Assembly: GCF_004010195.1 (NCBI RefSeq)
Contig: NC_057753.1
Span: forward strand, 2,898,087 to 2,962,086
Direction: 5' to 3'
Source of the DNA: Chiloscyllium plagiosum
Taxonomy: Eukaryota
Length of the DNA stretch: 64,000 nt
Made by a program: the position numbers and the translations under genes. The notes beneath the pieces are model-generated. The model ran no database searches. It was not told the origin of the DNA and saw nothing but the letters and a program-made list of their open reading frames with translations. Shown here in pieces: positions 49,085 through 61,000 of this stretch. Every line of letters starts with the position of its first letter. Position 1 is the stretch's first letter.

Positions 49085-49835
49085 TGGCAAAGTTAACAAG
49101 AAAATACAAATTAGCGCTCAATGAATGGGAGGACACTAGGAGGCTCAGAAGAACAGAAGGATCTTGGGTTGCTTATCCACAGATCCCTGAAGGCAGCAGG
49201 ATATGTGAGTAGGGTAGTTACAACATATAGGACTTTGCTGTCATTAGTTGTAAATCAGCTTATAACCGCAGAGATTTTAGATTTGCGCTGTGTGAAGCTT
49301 TGGTTAGGCCACATGGGGAATACAGAGCGCAACTATTATCGCCACACTAGAGGAAAGATATAGTTTCACTAGAGAAAGTACAGAGGATACGCACCATCAT
49401 GTTGCCTGGCTTGGAACATTTAGCTGTGCTTAGAGGCGATACAGGCTTGGGTTGTTTTCTTTCGAACAGACGAGGCTGAGCAGGGAACAGATTGAGATGT
49501 ATGGAATTATGAGGAGCATTGACGAGTTGGATAGCATGCAGATGTTCAACTTGCTTGTAGTGTCAATAACAAATGGAACACCATTTTAAAGTGAAGTGTT
49601 TAGAGGGAATTTAAGAAAATATTTTTTAATGCAGACAGAGTTGGGAAACTGTAACACATTGCCTAGATAGTCGTCGATGCAAGAAACTTCACAACGTTTA
49701 AATACATGTGGATGAGCACTCGAATTGTCATAACATTCAAGGGAATGAACCACGTGCTGGAAAGTGGAGCTAGTGTAGATATGTTGGCACAGATTGGATG
49801 CGCTGAGGGACTTCTTTAGTATGACTCAATGACTA
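49085..49835 (+). mobile_element. Degenerate CR1-type LINE 3' part
   Basis: ORF 49121 NGRTLGGSEEQKDLGLLIHRSLK; tatgactcaatgact tail. Confidence 0.8.
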
Positions 49836-50099
49836 TCTCTCTCTGACTACAAGTGATCGGTAAATCTAGAAATGTCAGTCCAGCATAGACACTCAGAACA
49901 AACAAACTTCTCAATAATTTCCATTTGTAGAATCATAACATCATGGAACATGAACAACCTCTTATCAAGTATGTCTCTACAAATGTACACTAAATCAGCA
50001 CTGGTCCCAACTCATTGTGTGTAAATCTTCCATTTAACCTGACAGAATATAGTACAGGAAAGGGATAGAGAGCTAATTGGCAAGATGTAAAGATAACAA

Positions 50100-50805
50100 A
50101 CGCCCTCCTAATATCAGCATAATAAAGGAGCTCGTTGTTCATGTCAGGAAGAAGAGTGGACAGCACGTCCTTGTCTGAATCAATGGTGCTGAGGTCAGGA
50201 TGGTCGAGAGCATCAGGTTTCTGAGAGTGATTGCCAACAATCTGGCCTGGCTCACTTACATTGTCATGACAGCCTGCTTCCTTAGAAGCTAATGGAACTC
50301 TGCATGGCAACAAAGGCTCTTACTATTTTTTTAATCGATGCACCATGCAAAGCATTACATCTGGCTGCATCACAAATACAATGCTCTTCCCAAGATCATA
50401 AGAAATTACAGAGTGGCTTAAACCATAGCCCAATCAGTCACACAAGCCAACCTTCCATTGATTGACTTGATCTGTACTTCCTGTTGCCTTGAGAAAGCAA
50501 CTAACAAAATCAAAGACGCCTCTCATGCCGCTTCTACTCCTTCCAACCACTTCCATCAGGCAGAAAATATAAAAGTTCGAATGCATGTACGAACAGATTC
50601 AAGAATTGCTTATTCTGTGCTATTATCAGACTTTCGATTGGACATCTCAAATGCTAATTCTGTTCTCTCTTTCTGCACATTCTCTGCAGCTGTAAAAGAG
50701 CATTTTGCACTTTGTTTTGCCGCCCTGATGCACTTTACATGGTTCAGCCTTCCGAAATAATACGCAAAATAATAAATTTCACTATATCTCGTTACATGTG
50801 ACAAC
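50100..50805 (+). mobile_element. Degenerate Rex1/L2-type LINE RT C-terminal fragment
   Basis: Plus strand reads KELVVHVRKK..INGAEVRMVESIRFLRVIANNLAW, resembling the KTKELVVDFR..VESFKFLGV region. Confidence 0.65.
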
Positions 50806-50954
50806 ATTTTTTTTAAAAACTCATACCCAAACCAAGGGGCTTCCAAACTCCCTCACTGTCAGCCCATGAGATTAATTCAGAAGAGAAAAACAATTAGGAT
50901 GAGGGTCAAAAGATTTAAAAGAAAATCGTCCATGCCAAACAATTTTCCCAAACT

Positions 50955-51174
50955 AAATTACCTGTAACACCGTTCGCCTGCATTTGGCCAATATTCCTCT
51001 GAATTTTTCCTATTTACGTACCTATCCAAATGTCGTTTAAATGTTGTAACTGTATCTGCATCTGCTATTTCTTCTGGCAGTTCATTCCATATGTGAACAA
51101 CCGCTCTATGAAAAGGCTGCCCCGAGGTCGCATTTAAATCTTTCTCCTTCCAGCTTAAAGGTATGCCCTCTAGT
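50955..51174 (-). mobile_element. CR1 3' fragment truncated by an LTR
   Basis: TRGHTFKLEGERFK and VVHIWNELPEE..TFKRHLDRY (ORFs 51106 and 50958). Confidence 0.8.
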
Positions 51175-54100
51175 TGTGACAATACAATGGCTGCAACGGA
51201 TGTATTTTGTTCTTTTTTTATGATGAGATGTTGAGAACGTGGAATCGAATGGCCTGTTCAAAACCAATAGAGTAAACAAATTGTGAGGCCTTGGGACATT
51301 TTTTAAAGTTAGATCAATGGAAGCAGCTTGAAGACGTGGTGTCAAGCTCCCACAGAACTAGGCTTTCAGTTTAAATTTCAGTAGCTGTTGGGTTAGCAAA
51401 ACATTTGAGTTCTCTCTCTCTCTCAATATTTTCTCTTGATATTTTGTCCACCTGGACTCAAGAATTGTATGTGGGGCAATCTAACTTACTTAATGTTCTC
51501 TTGCCAAGGGTGTGCTTATGGAATGTTATTACTTTGGAACAGTTGCGATTTCATAGTGAAATAATCTAATATTCTGCTGGGTTTTCCAATGCAGTTAACT
51601 TATTACCAATTCTTCTTTAATTCGTTTGTATTATAACTCTGATGTCAGAATACATTGTGTGGTTTCTGCAGACCTGGTAGTTTGACCAATCGAATTGCAT
51701 CTGAAACACATGTTACTCTTCCTTTAAAAATAAGAAAATGTTGGGATCTAATCTATCAGTCTTAATATGTTTTGAGGGGGCTTGCTCTAGTCCATAACAA
51801 TTTTTGGGGCTCCTGCCGAGATGAAAATTTCTAATTCCAATTTGGGTTTATGATATTGGACACAAAAACAGTGAGTAGTGTGTGTTGGTGATCTCTTTTC
51901 AGATACATTTGGCTGGTTTAAGTAGGGTGTGCCTTGTGCAGTAATGGCTTTTTCAGTCACTAAGAGTTTTCTGGCGGTGGAAGAAGTCACCTAGGAGGTT
52001 AACAGAAAGTGAGCAAGGCCAAGCTTTTGGAAACGGCAGGCAAGCTGGTGTTGAATTGCCTTTGTCTATGGGAAAAGGGGAGGTAATTGCAACAAAAGCT
52101 CGACATTTAGATTGCCAGAAATCTACTCAAAGTCATAGGAAATTGTTAATGCTCAATTGCTGATGAAGCAGCTTCAATTAGCAATCAATGGCAATGAGAA
52201 AATAGAGACAGTCAAAAGAAAAAAATAAAGTATAGCTCTGGCAGATGAAAAACAGGAATGGATAGACACAAAGGAGAAAGAGAAAAGCTTGTTTAACTTT
52301 GATGATGGAATTGAAAACTGAAATTCGAATTTAAATGGTGCTGGTAAAGGGGAAAGGTTGGAGTAGTGCTGAGGGCAATGATGGACAATCAAAGGAGTGC
52401 TGGGGATCGACTTCAACATGTTCATTGGCTAAGTTCGACAAGAGGAACGCACAAGCTTTTCTCACTTCATTTGAGAAAGTGGCTAAAAATGAAATGGCCA
52501 GTGATCATGGGAGCATTGATGATCCAAAACAACATTAATAGGGAGAGCTAGTAAGGCATTTGCATCACTATCAGCGGAAGCGTTTGGAGAGTATGATGAG
52601 GTGAAAAGGCCATTTAAAGTGCAAACGAACTGGTGCCAGAAGCATGCAGATAATGTTCTGGTCATATAAGGAGGAAACTTAGTCAAATGTGTATTCAGTT
52701 TAAAAGGATCAACAGAGTAATATTGATAGATGGATAAAAGCACTGAGTATACAGCAAACATGTGACACTCTTAGAGAGACGATCATTCTCGAGGAACTGA
52801 AAAATTCACTTTTTGACGTAATGAGTACTCGTGTTGAAGAGCAGAGTTACAACTGCCAGATTAACAGCATAAACATAAGTTGGTTTATAATTAAACTTTG
52901 CTTTCCGACATCAATTTCAATCTGTGAGTCATAGGAATTAGGAAAAGGAGACATACTCCTGTGGTAAAGAAAAGAAGATCTCGTTGAAGATGGTAAAGGC
53001 AGTTTACCACAGGTTCACCTGTTACAACATGGGATAAAGCCGTCTGCTAATTTAAACCAGCAACACAAAAAATATTCACTCCAAGTTATAATCTGTTAAA
53101 ATTTGAGAGGCAACGAACTATCCAAAAAGTCACTATGTAAATTAAAAACTAACAATTTTTTTTTAAGTCTAACAGAGAATAGTTAACTAGCAACTATTTA
53201 AAATTCCTTCCTCTAAACCTATTTCTACCTTCCCTTTTAAGATACTGGTCCGATAAAACAAATCCCCATTACGATTTACAAAAAATATATATAATCACGT
53301 TGCAAAACCAGTCAGCCTAGCCGAACGTCCTCTGTAGATTTTCTTCTGTCTTCTTTTCAGGGATTCCTACTTCACAGGTCTTTAATAGATAAAGGTAGTT
53401 TTAACAGAACAGTTTGCGGGCAGTCTGTATTGTTCTGTTTTTCTTGGTGCTATTGGCCACTCCGGGTAATTATTCAAATGTAGGATATTCCAAAACATCG
53501 GATCGTTTCATTGGTTTTAATATTCTCAAAACACTAAATTCAACTTGATTGGAGTTTTGTATGTTACGACACGGGATAAACTCTCCTTCTTAATTTGAAC
53601 CAGTAGCACAGAAAAGGTTTATTCCGTGCAGTAATCTGTGAAATTCGAGTGGCGATGAACTATGTAAAGTAAAAATTAACAACTTTATTTCTTAAAACAT
53701 AACAGAGAATAATTAACCTACGACTATTTACAATTTATTTCTCTAACCTATCTTTCACCTTCCCTTCGATAATGCTCCTCTGATAAAACTCCCAATTAAG
53801 ATTCACAAAACAACACTTCTTCTCTCAAAACCAGCCAGCTTGTCCTCTGATCTTCCTTTGTCCTCTTTTCTCCTTGTTACGAATTTCTGCATCATATTCT
53901 GCATCGAAAAGTTACGTTTAAGAGAGTTTTTTTTTCAAACAGTCTGTTACATGCTGTGACTCGGCACTTTTCCTCTCAACTATTCAATTTCCACCCTGCC
54001 CTATACCCCAGCGCATCAGGCTTTTAAGATTGTCAATACACTCAATTCAAACTTGATTGGAAATTGGCATTTTTCGGGGTATAATTTAAACCGATTGTTC

Positions 54101-54450
54101 GAATTTGAATTGGCTTTTGTCTCCAGGCAACGAACTAATCGAGTTGTTCGACCCAGCATTACATTATTGCCTTATTGAGAACACTTGGTGCTAAGCTATC
54201 TTGGAAGATAATTTAAACTGCTTCGTTGAATTTGAATTTGCTTTTTTTTATTCAGTCAGCACAGCTCTTAGCTAATTGTTTGACCAAATGTTACAATGTT
54301 ACCTTGTGTTAGCTCGAAATGTCAGCTCCATTAAAGGTACAGTATACCCACATCTTCATAACACTCCATTAGAGAGAAACAGAAGTTAAGGAGCGCAGGT
54401 GTTTTCACTGTTATAAAGTCGGCCAAAGTATGGTGCAATGTTGATGAATT
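51175..54450 (+). mobile_element. Truncated Gmr1-like Gypsy element: 5' LTR (family B, 51175-51799), PBS, gag remnant
   Basis: TG..CA LTR followed by tggggctcctgccgagat (tRNA-Pro-like PBS). Gag AKFDKRNAQAFLTSFEKVAK; zinc-knuckle start RCFHCYKVG at ~54397. Confidence 0.78.
53020..54363 (-). mobile_element. Solo LTR (family A-related) with a second related LTR nested at ~53562-54195
   Basis: tgttacaacatgggataaa (53020) and tgttacgacacgggataaa (53562) begin parallel sequences. The outer copy ends cttcataaca; flanks cacc/ctcc. Confidence 0.78.
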
Positions 54451-54489
54451 AGAAAAAGCACTTGCAATCACAGAAGGTGTAAACACTAC

Positions 54490-54830
54490 CCATTTACTTC
54501 CTCATCGTCAAACGCCCCTTAAATATCTTCAAAATGATTTATCTGCACTTCACTCAACCTAGTCTGCTATCTTTGCTGGTCACAATGTGGTCTCCTCGAC
54601 ATTTGGGAGGCAAAATGCAGGGCAGTTGGTGGTTTTGACCTTCTGCCTGCAAAAATGACCAGTTGTCTTCAACATACCACCGTGTTCCCATCGAAACATG
54701 TCTGCCATAGGCCTGCTGCAATGCTCCAGTGACCCTCGGCTCAAACTCCATGAAATCACATTTTCCACTTGATCTTTCAGCAGTGTCTAGGACTCAAAAT
54801 CAAGTACAAAAACTTTACAGCCTGATTCCA
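54490..54830 (+). mobile_element. Penelope-like GIY-YIG endonuclease fragment (second family)
   Basis: From 54541: ICTSLNLVCYLCWSQCGLLDIWEAKCR, resembling the CxSxNVVYxIxCxxCGLxYIGET motif. Confidence 0.65.
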
Positions 54831-55429
54831 TCCTTCTACATTTTTTTTACCCACACCACATCTGGCCCTGTTATGACATAGGTTGCTTTAACACAATTAC
54901 CTATTCTCAACTACTCCTTGGCCCATTATGACATTATGTACGTGGTTTTCAGTAGACCTCACTCATTTTCTCCTATTATGAGCTTCTGTTATCACTTATT
55001 TAATGTTTCTTCTTTTCTTATCATGCTAACCATAATCTCTATGGAAGTGCTTGCCAGTTTGGTTGGTGTCTAACGATCGGTTTAACGATCTTTGGCCCTT
55101 AGACAGGAATTGAGAGAATTCAAGAAGAAGTGGACCAATACTTATTTAATCCTGACTACAATACAAAGGCAGACAGATTCTTAAGATGTAACAGTGATTT
55201 TTTTAAAAAGTTTGGCATGTTAAAGAGGTGCCTTAAACATAAAGTCTTCGACCTTTTGTTTAGTGTTCACTGTGAGAGTTGGGAAAATAAATAGTTATTT
55301 TTCTTCAACTGGTTGAAATTAGAAGTTCTCTGTCACTCACTCATATTTTCAACGGATTACGAGTGAGGTGAGCTTTTCTGGGTGTTTGGTCTTAATTAAG
55401 AGGAGATCCACCTACATGCCGTAATAGAT

Positions 55430-55450
55430 TGGGGGCTCGTCATCTGGGAT
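55430..55450 (+). promoter_or_regulatory. tRNA-Pro-type primer binding site
   Basis: tgggggctcgtcatctgggat versus canonical TGGGGGCTCGTCCGGGAT, 3 nt after the LTR end. Confidence 0.75.
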
Positions 55451-55660
55451 TTGGACAGGTTTGGACAGATCCAGTCTGGGATTTGGACAGGTTTGTACAG
55501 ATCCAATCTGGGATTTGGACAGATCCAGTCTGGGATTTGGACAGGTGTGGACGGATCCAATCTGGGATTTCGACAGATTTGGACAGATCCAGTTTGGGAT
55601 TTGGACAGGTTTAGACAGATCCAGTCTGGGAATTGGAGAGGTGTAGACGGATCTGGACGG
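55443..55660 (+). repeat. 32-bp minisatellite, ~7 units (one shortened to 22 bp)
   Basis: Unit tctgggatttggacaggtttggacagatccag starting at 55443, 55475, 55507, 55529, 55561, 55593 and 55625. Confidence 0.93.
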
Positions 55661-55729
55661 ATCAGTTACAAGGTTTGGACGGAATTAAACAGATTGAACA
55701 CATTTGGGGCAGGAAAGGTTCCAGAAAAT

Positions 55730-55993
55730 TGTGACGATGCTGCTTCTTGGTTATTCCGTCCTTGGTATTTTTTCAAAAGGTGTCGTAAAGACAGTGATGT
55801 CGAAATATATGGACTGACTACTTCAACAGGCTAACAGATGCTGCCTACGTCAACAATCAGAAAAGGCTTTCAGGCTTCTTTTTTAAAAAATTTATGCAAC
55901 GAAAGGAGAGTGGCCAGTCCTACCGGTTCAAGGTAGTTTTGTTGCTTTGGGTTAGTTTTAGCTGGTGACCCAAAGAAACAGCTCCATGCTGAT

Positions 55994-56047
<54 letters not shown>

Positions 56048-56393
56048 ACTCACGCTCTCTCTCTCTCTCTGACATCTCTCTCATATAAAAATGTGTGTTT
56101 GAATTTACCTTTTTGAAAGGGATGTCTTCATAGGCTGTTACAGGAAATCAGAACAGCTTTTTGTTAATTTGCGTTTTCATGTTGGTTGGGTTTTCAAGTA
56201 GTTGTGTCATTTGATAATTGGTTTACTTTTGTTCTTGTATATGAATAAATTATATTTTGGTTAAAACCGAATGCTTTGACCAGTTGTGGCCTCCTGGAAT
56301 ACTCATCTTACATTTGCTGAGGGCAACTCGAAAAGGTACGTTCTGCGTTCTTGTCTTAAAATGTTTTGAAGTGGTCTGTCCTGGTACATAAGA
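55730..56393 (+). mobile_element. Solo LTR (family B) containing a (CT)n microsatellite at ~55997-56080
   Basis: Starts tgtgacgatgctgc and ends ctggtacataaga; similar to 34876-35462 and 51175-51799. Confidence 0.75.
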
Positions 56394-56474
56394 AGATTCA
56401 AACACTTAGCGATTAATGTTTTAAACATTTAAATAAAACTCAGGTGAGAAAATTTGTTCAAATACAATTATACA

Positions 56475-57530
56475 GAGAACATAGAACAGTACAGCAGAGC
56501 ACATGCCCTTTAGCCTTTAATGTTGTGCCAGCCTTTTATCCTACTCTAAGATCAGACTAAACTACATACCCTTCATTCTTCTACATCCCATGTCCCTATC
56601 CAATAGTCGCTTAAATGTCACAAATTTATCTGAGACTACTATGTCTGCCAGCAGTGCATTCCATGGACCCACAACTCTTTGCATAAAGCACCTACCTCTC
56701 CCTTAAACATTCCTCTAGTTATCTTAAAATTATGCCCCCTCATAAAAGACATTTCAGCCATGGGAAAAAGTCTCTGGCTAGCCACTCTATCCATGCTTCT
56801 TAATGTCTTGTACACATCTATCAAATCACCTCTCGTTCAATTGAGAAAAGCTCTGGCTCCCTCAACCTTTCTTGAGAAGACATGCCTTCCAGACCAGGCA
56901 ACATCCTGACAAATCTTCTCTGCACCCTCTCGAAAAATCCACATCTTTCCTTTAACGAGGAGAACAGAACTGAACACAATATCCCTCGTGTGGTCTAACC
57001 AGTGCTCGATAGAGCTGTAGCAAAACCTCGTGACTCTTAAACGCAATCCTCCCGCTAATGCAAGCCATTGTATTATACACTTTCACAATAAGTTTATCAA
57101 CTTGGAGGAACACTTTGAGGGCTCTGTGAACACGGACCCCAAGATCCCTCTGTTACTCCACACGTTTTACGTTTTTCAAAATTTTCAGCACATCCTCGTT
57201 CCTAACATCGAACTGTTGTAGCAGAGGAGTCTGTTTCACCCTGTCCTCACAACCGTCAAAGTCCCTCTCACTAATTAATTCTGAAACAAAGCATTCATTA
57301 AGTACCTCCCCTACTTCGTCCGACTCAAGCTCTGACTTCATCCGACCCATTAAACGTTATCATGGCCCCTTCTAGCTCTCCTAAGTGCATATTTCAGTTC
57401 CTTCCTGGCCACCTTGTAACTCTTTAAAGCCCGATCTGATCCTTGCCTCTTCAGTTCTAAGTGTGTTTCCTTCTTCCTCTTGACTAGATATTCCACATCC
57501 CTTATCACCCAAGGTTCTTCCATGTTACGT
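56475..57530 (-). mobile_element. CR1-type LINE fragments nested in the Gmr1-like element
   Basis: ORFs 56639 (IDVYKTLRSMDRV..RGHNFK) and 57153 (EVLNECFVSE); agaacatagaac tail. Confidence 0.85.
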
Positions 57531-58004
57531 CTGTTTGGTTACATTAGAAGTGAGGGAAATAGCTCTTTATATTGCTGAAGCGGTTCTGTGGTTTGAAGCT
57601 GTTTCTCAATTTGCCAAGCAAGTTTAGAAAGACGTAGGAAAGATATAATTTTAGAATCGACAAATACATTAGAATCGTGTTTACCAAGGGACAAAAGGAA
57701 AGTTAAAATTGCAGTGGAATTGATCATGCACTTAGCTACATCAGAGAAACAGACAAGTGTAGTAGAGTTAGAAAAACACTTAAATTTCTGATGAGGCAAT
57801 TGGAGTTTGAAGGTAACAAAAGGGAGAGAAGGTTCTTGGCTGACTAAAAAAAGAAGGGAAAGAGAGGGCAAGCAACAGAAATGGAAGAAAGAGAGAGAAG
57901 GAAAAGAAATGGAGAGTAGGTTCTTGTTGAACAAAAAGAAAGAGAGAAAGAAGAAATCGAAAAGGAAAGAGAATTTGATCTTCAGAAGTTGCGAATTAGT
58001 CAAG

Positions 58005-58097
58005 AAAGAGAGTGTGGTGCTGGAAAAGCACGGCAAGTCAGGCAGCATCCGAGGAGCAGGAGAATGGATTTTTCAGGCATAAGGCCCTTCATCAGGG
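58005..58097 (-). mobile_element. Single-arm copy of the hammerhead-bearing short element, TSD-flanked
   Basis: Similar to 48163-48229. Minus strand CTGATGAagggccttatgcctGAAAaatc. Direct repeat attagtcaag at 57995-58004 and 58098-58107. Confidence 0.8.
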
Positions 58098-61000
58098 ATT
58101 AGTCAAGCAAGTCAAGTTAACAGGATGGAGATGAAGGGGAAAGATAGCGATGTATACAAATATGTTAAAATACTACCACATTTCGATTGGAAAGATTTTG
58201 AAGCTTTCTTTATCTCATTTTAAAAATTGGCTTCGCAAGTGGCGTGGCAAGAGAACTTGTGGGTCATGCCACGTTGGTAGGCAGAGCGAATGAAGTTTTT
58301 GCAATGCTGTCAGATGAGGTGGTCATGACATTAGACAGATTTCAAACAGGATATATTGAGGGCCTATTGTTTGGCACCTGAAGCATCGACACAGCGGTTC
58401 AGAAAGATAACGAAGGAAATAGGTCAGTCTTATTTTGAGATAGAAAGAACTAAACTTAACAATTTTGATAGGTGGGTGGGGGGCTGAAACATCGACATGA
58501 CATGTGAGGCACTAAAAGAGATTATTCTGCTGGACGAGTTTAAAAACTCACTTCCAGAGATGATAATAGCTGATGTGGATGAACTGAAAGTTCAAGAAAT
58601 GATAACAGCGGCAGAGATGGTCGATAAATAGGCATTGGTACGTAAGGCAAAATTTAGCTTCCAATAGGAATTTTATCCCCTAACGGACTGAAATTGGGAG
58701 GGGAGGGGAGGGGGAATCATTCAGTACAAAACAAAGAGTAGATCACACTGGAAATGGTTTATTACAAGTGAGAAAAGAAGCCCTAGGAGGTGAAAAGGAG
58801 GCGAAAGACCTTAGGTGTTTCAACTGAGATAATGCGGGACACATAAAAACGCAGTGCTGGTTGAAGTTAGGCACTGTGCGAAACGATGCAGTACAGGAAG
58901 CTACACCAGTGGGATTAGTGCAAGTAGTAAAGGTAACTCCAGGAAACGTTGAGGAGCTGCAGGCAAATGCGCAGCCCATGCAGAGATTGGGAATTGATGT
59001 TAGTGCCCGATCTCTTTTAAGACTTAACCTCTATAGGTAACGTTTACTCAGGAAGAACAGGAAGAAAAGGGAAAGAAGTTACAATTCTGGATTGGGTCGG
59101 GCTCTAAAAGCAAAATCTGCAAGTATTTTCACTCTTCTGGAAATTATCAGAGAGGTGATAATTTGTTGAATAGATGGACAAACATTTAGCGTTCCCCTGT
59201 ATAAGATCAGGTTAGAGAGCCAAAACAAAATTGGGAGAGTGATAATGGGAGTGACTGCCAGTCCCAGGACGACAGTTTCTTCTTGGAAACGACTTAGCAG
59301 GAGTAACGCCTCTTGAGTTGGAAAATGAAAAGCAAGTTCAGGGATCTCAGGAGTTAAAAGAAAAATACACTGGACTTTTACCAGACTGTTTAGTAATAAG
59401 ATCCCCCTGTCATACCTTACAGCAAGAAGGAAAAACTGAAAAGAAAGATGAAGGAGTTGACGTTCAGTTAGCTGATATACTGTTTGAGGTAATGGTTCAG
59501 GAAAAATCTCGAACAAGTAGAGGGTCAGGTCTGGGTTTGCTCCTGAAAGGCTAATGGACTAACAGCAGAATGATGAGACTATAGAAGATGTATATTATGA
59601 TGCATACTCAGAAAATGATTCAGAATGTATTCCCGAGGGTTGGTATCTTAAGGATAGAATCCTGAAATGAAAACGGAGACCATCACAGACCAGTGCAGAG
59701 GGGAAATGAGTGAAAATGAACCAGATTGTGTTTCAGATGGCATGCAGACAGGAAGCATTACAGGCAGCACGTGAATTGCCATTAGGAGTTCATCTAGGTG
59801 CGAGATGACTCGGGCAAAGGTTTAAAAAGCATAAAAAACCTGGATTGCATAAAAAATGTGGTTGAACTCTGCCATGCATGCCATTCAATACAAAACGTAA
59901 GTCAGCCTCAGGCAGTAATAAAACCTGGATCTCTATTGCCAATTCCCGCATTCGAAGCACATTTCACGTAGTTTATAATTAATTGTGTACGTCCCCTCAC
60001 TCAACGTAAAAGTGGGAACCAATATTTGCTTAACTTAATGGATGTGTCTACCAGATGTCTGGACGCAATACCATTACGGAGTGTCAAGGGAAAAAGTGTG
60101 GTGGAGGAGTCGGTTGCTTTCTTTACCCAGTATTGATTACCCAAGGAGATTCAGCCCGCCAAGGGTCTAATTTTACTGGTAGGATATTTAAGGAAGTCAT
60201 GGATATCTTAGGCTAATAGCAGTTTAACACAAGTGCGTACAATCCTGAATCCCAGGGAGCCTTGAAAACGTGGCATCAGACCCTGAAGACCATGTAAAGA
60301 GCATACTTTCAGGATTACCCAGATAATTGTGGTGAAGGTATTTCATTCATATTGTTTGCCATTATGGATGCCCCAAACGAATCCATTCAGTTTACTCCCT
60401 TTGAATTAATTCTTGGACATGAAGTGAGAGGGCCTTTAAAAATAATTAAAGTAAAACTGAAGGACCAATGTCAGAGATCTCAAGCTTTGATTATGTACCT
60501 GAGGTGAGGGAGAGACGAAATCGGGTAGGTGAATTCGCTAAACAGTACCTCAAGAGGGCGCAGCATAGAATGAAGCCCGAGACAGATTAAAAACTTTAAA
60601 ATTCCGACATTTTCACCTAGGGATGATATTTTGGTAGTGTTATCAGTGGTAGGAGATCACTTCAAAGCTAGGTTTTGTGGTCCCTATCAAATTGAGAAAA
60701 CATTGAGGCATGTAAACTACCTGCTCAAGATGCCAGATTGAAAAAAAGCCGTATCTGGTATCTCATGTAAATATATTGAAACATAACTGTAAAAGAGACA
60801 GGGAACTGAAGAAACAGGTGTTCGTTCCTGCCCTGCAGGGTGAAGTATCAAATGCAGATGGCATCAATTTTGATGGGCCTTGAAATATGTTAAAATATGA
60901 GGAATTCATTGAGGAATGAGAAAGAATACTGAGCTATCTGTCTCTGGAGCAAAGAACCGATTTGAAAGGATTGTTGCAGCAGTATAAGGACACATGCAGG

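Noticed and set aside
55443..55660. Regular 32-bp repeats as a possible CRISPR array
   Set aside because: Units are contiguous with no unique spacers, there are no cas genes, and the context is eukaryotic.
57539..58082. 169-aa hydrophobic minus ORF and Lys/Glu-rich plus ORF
   Set aside because: Purine-rich low-complexity gag region plus a short insertion; the minus ORF is its antisense shadow.
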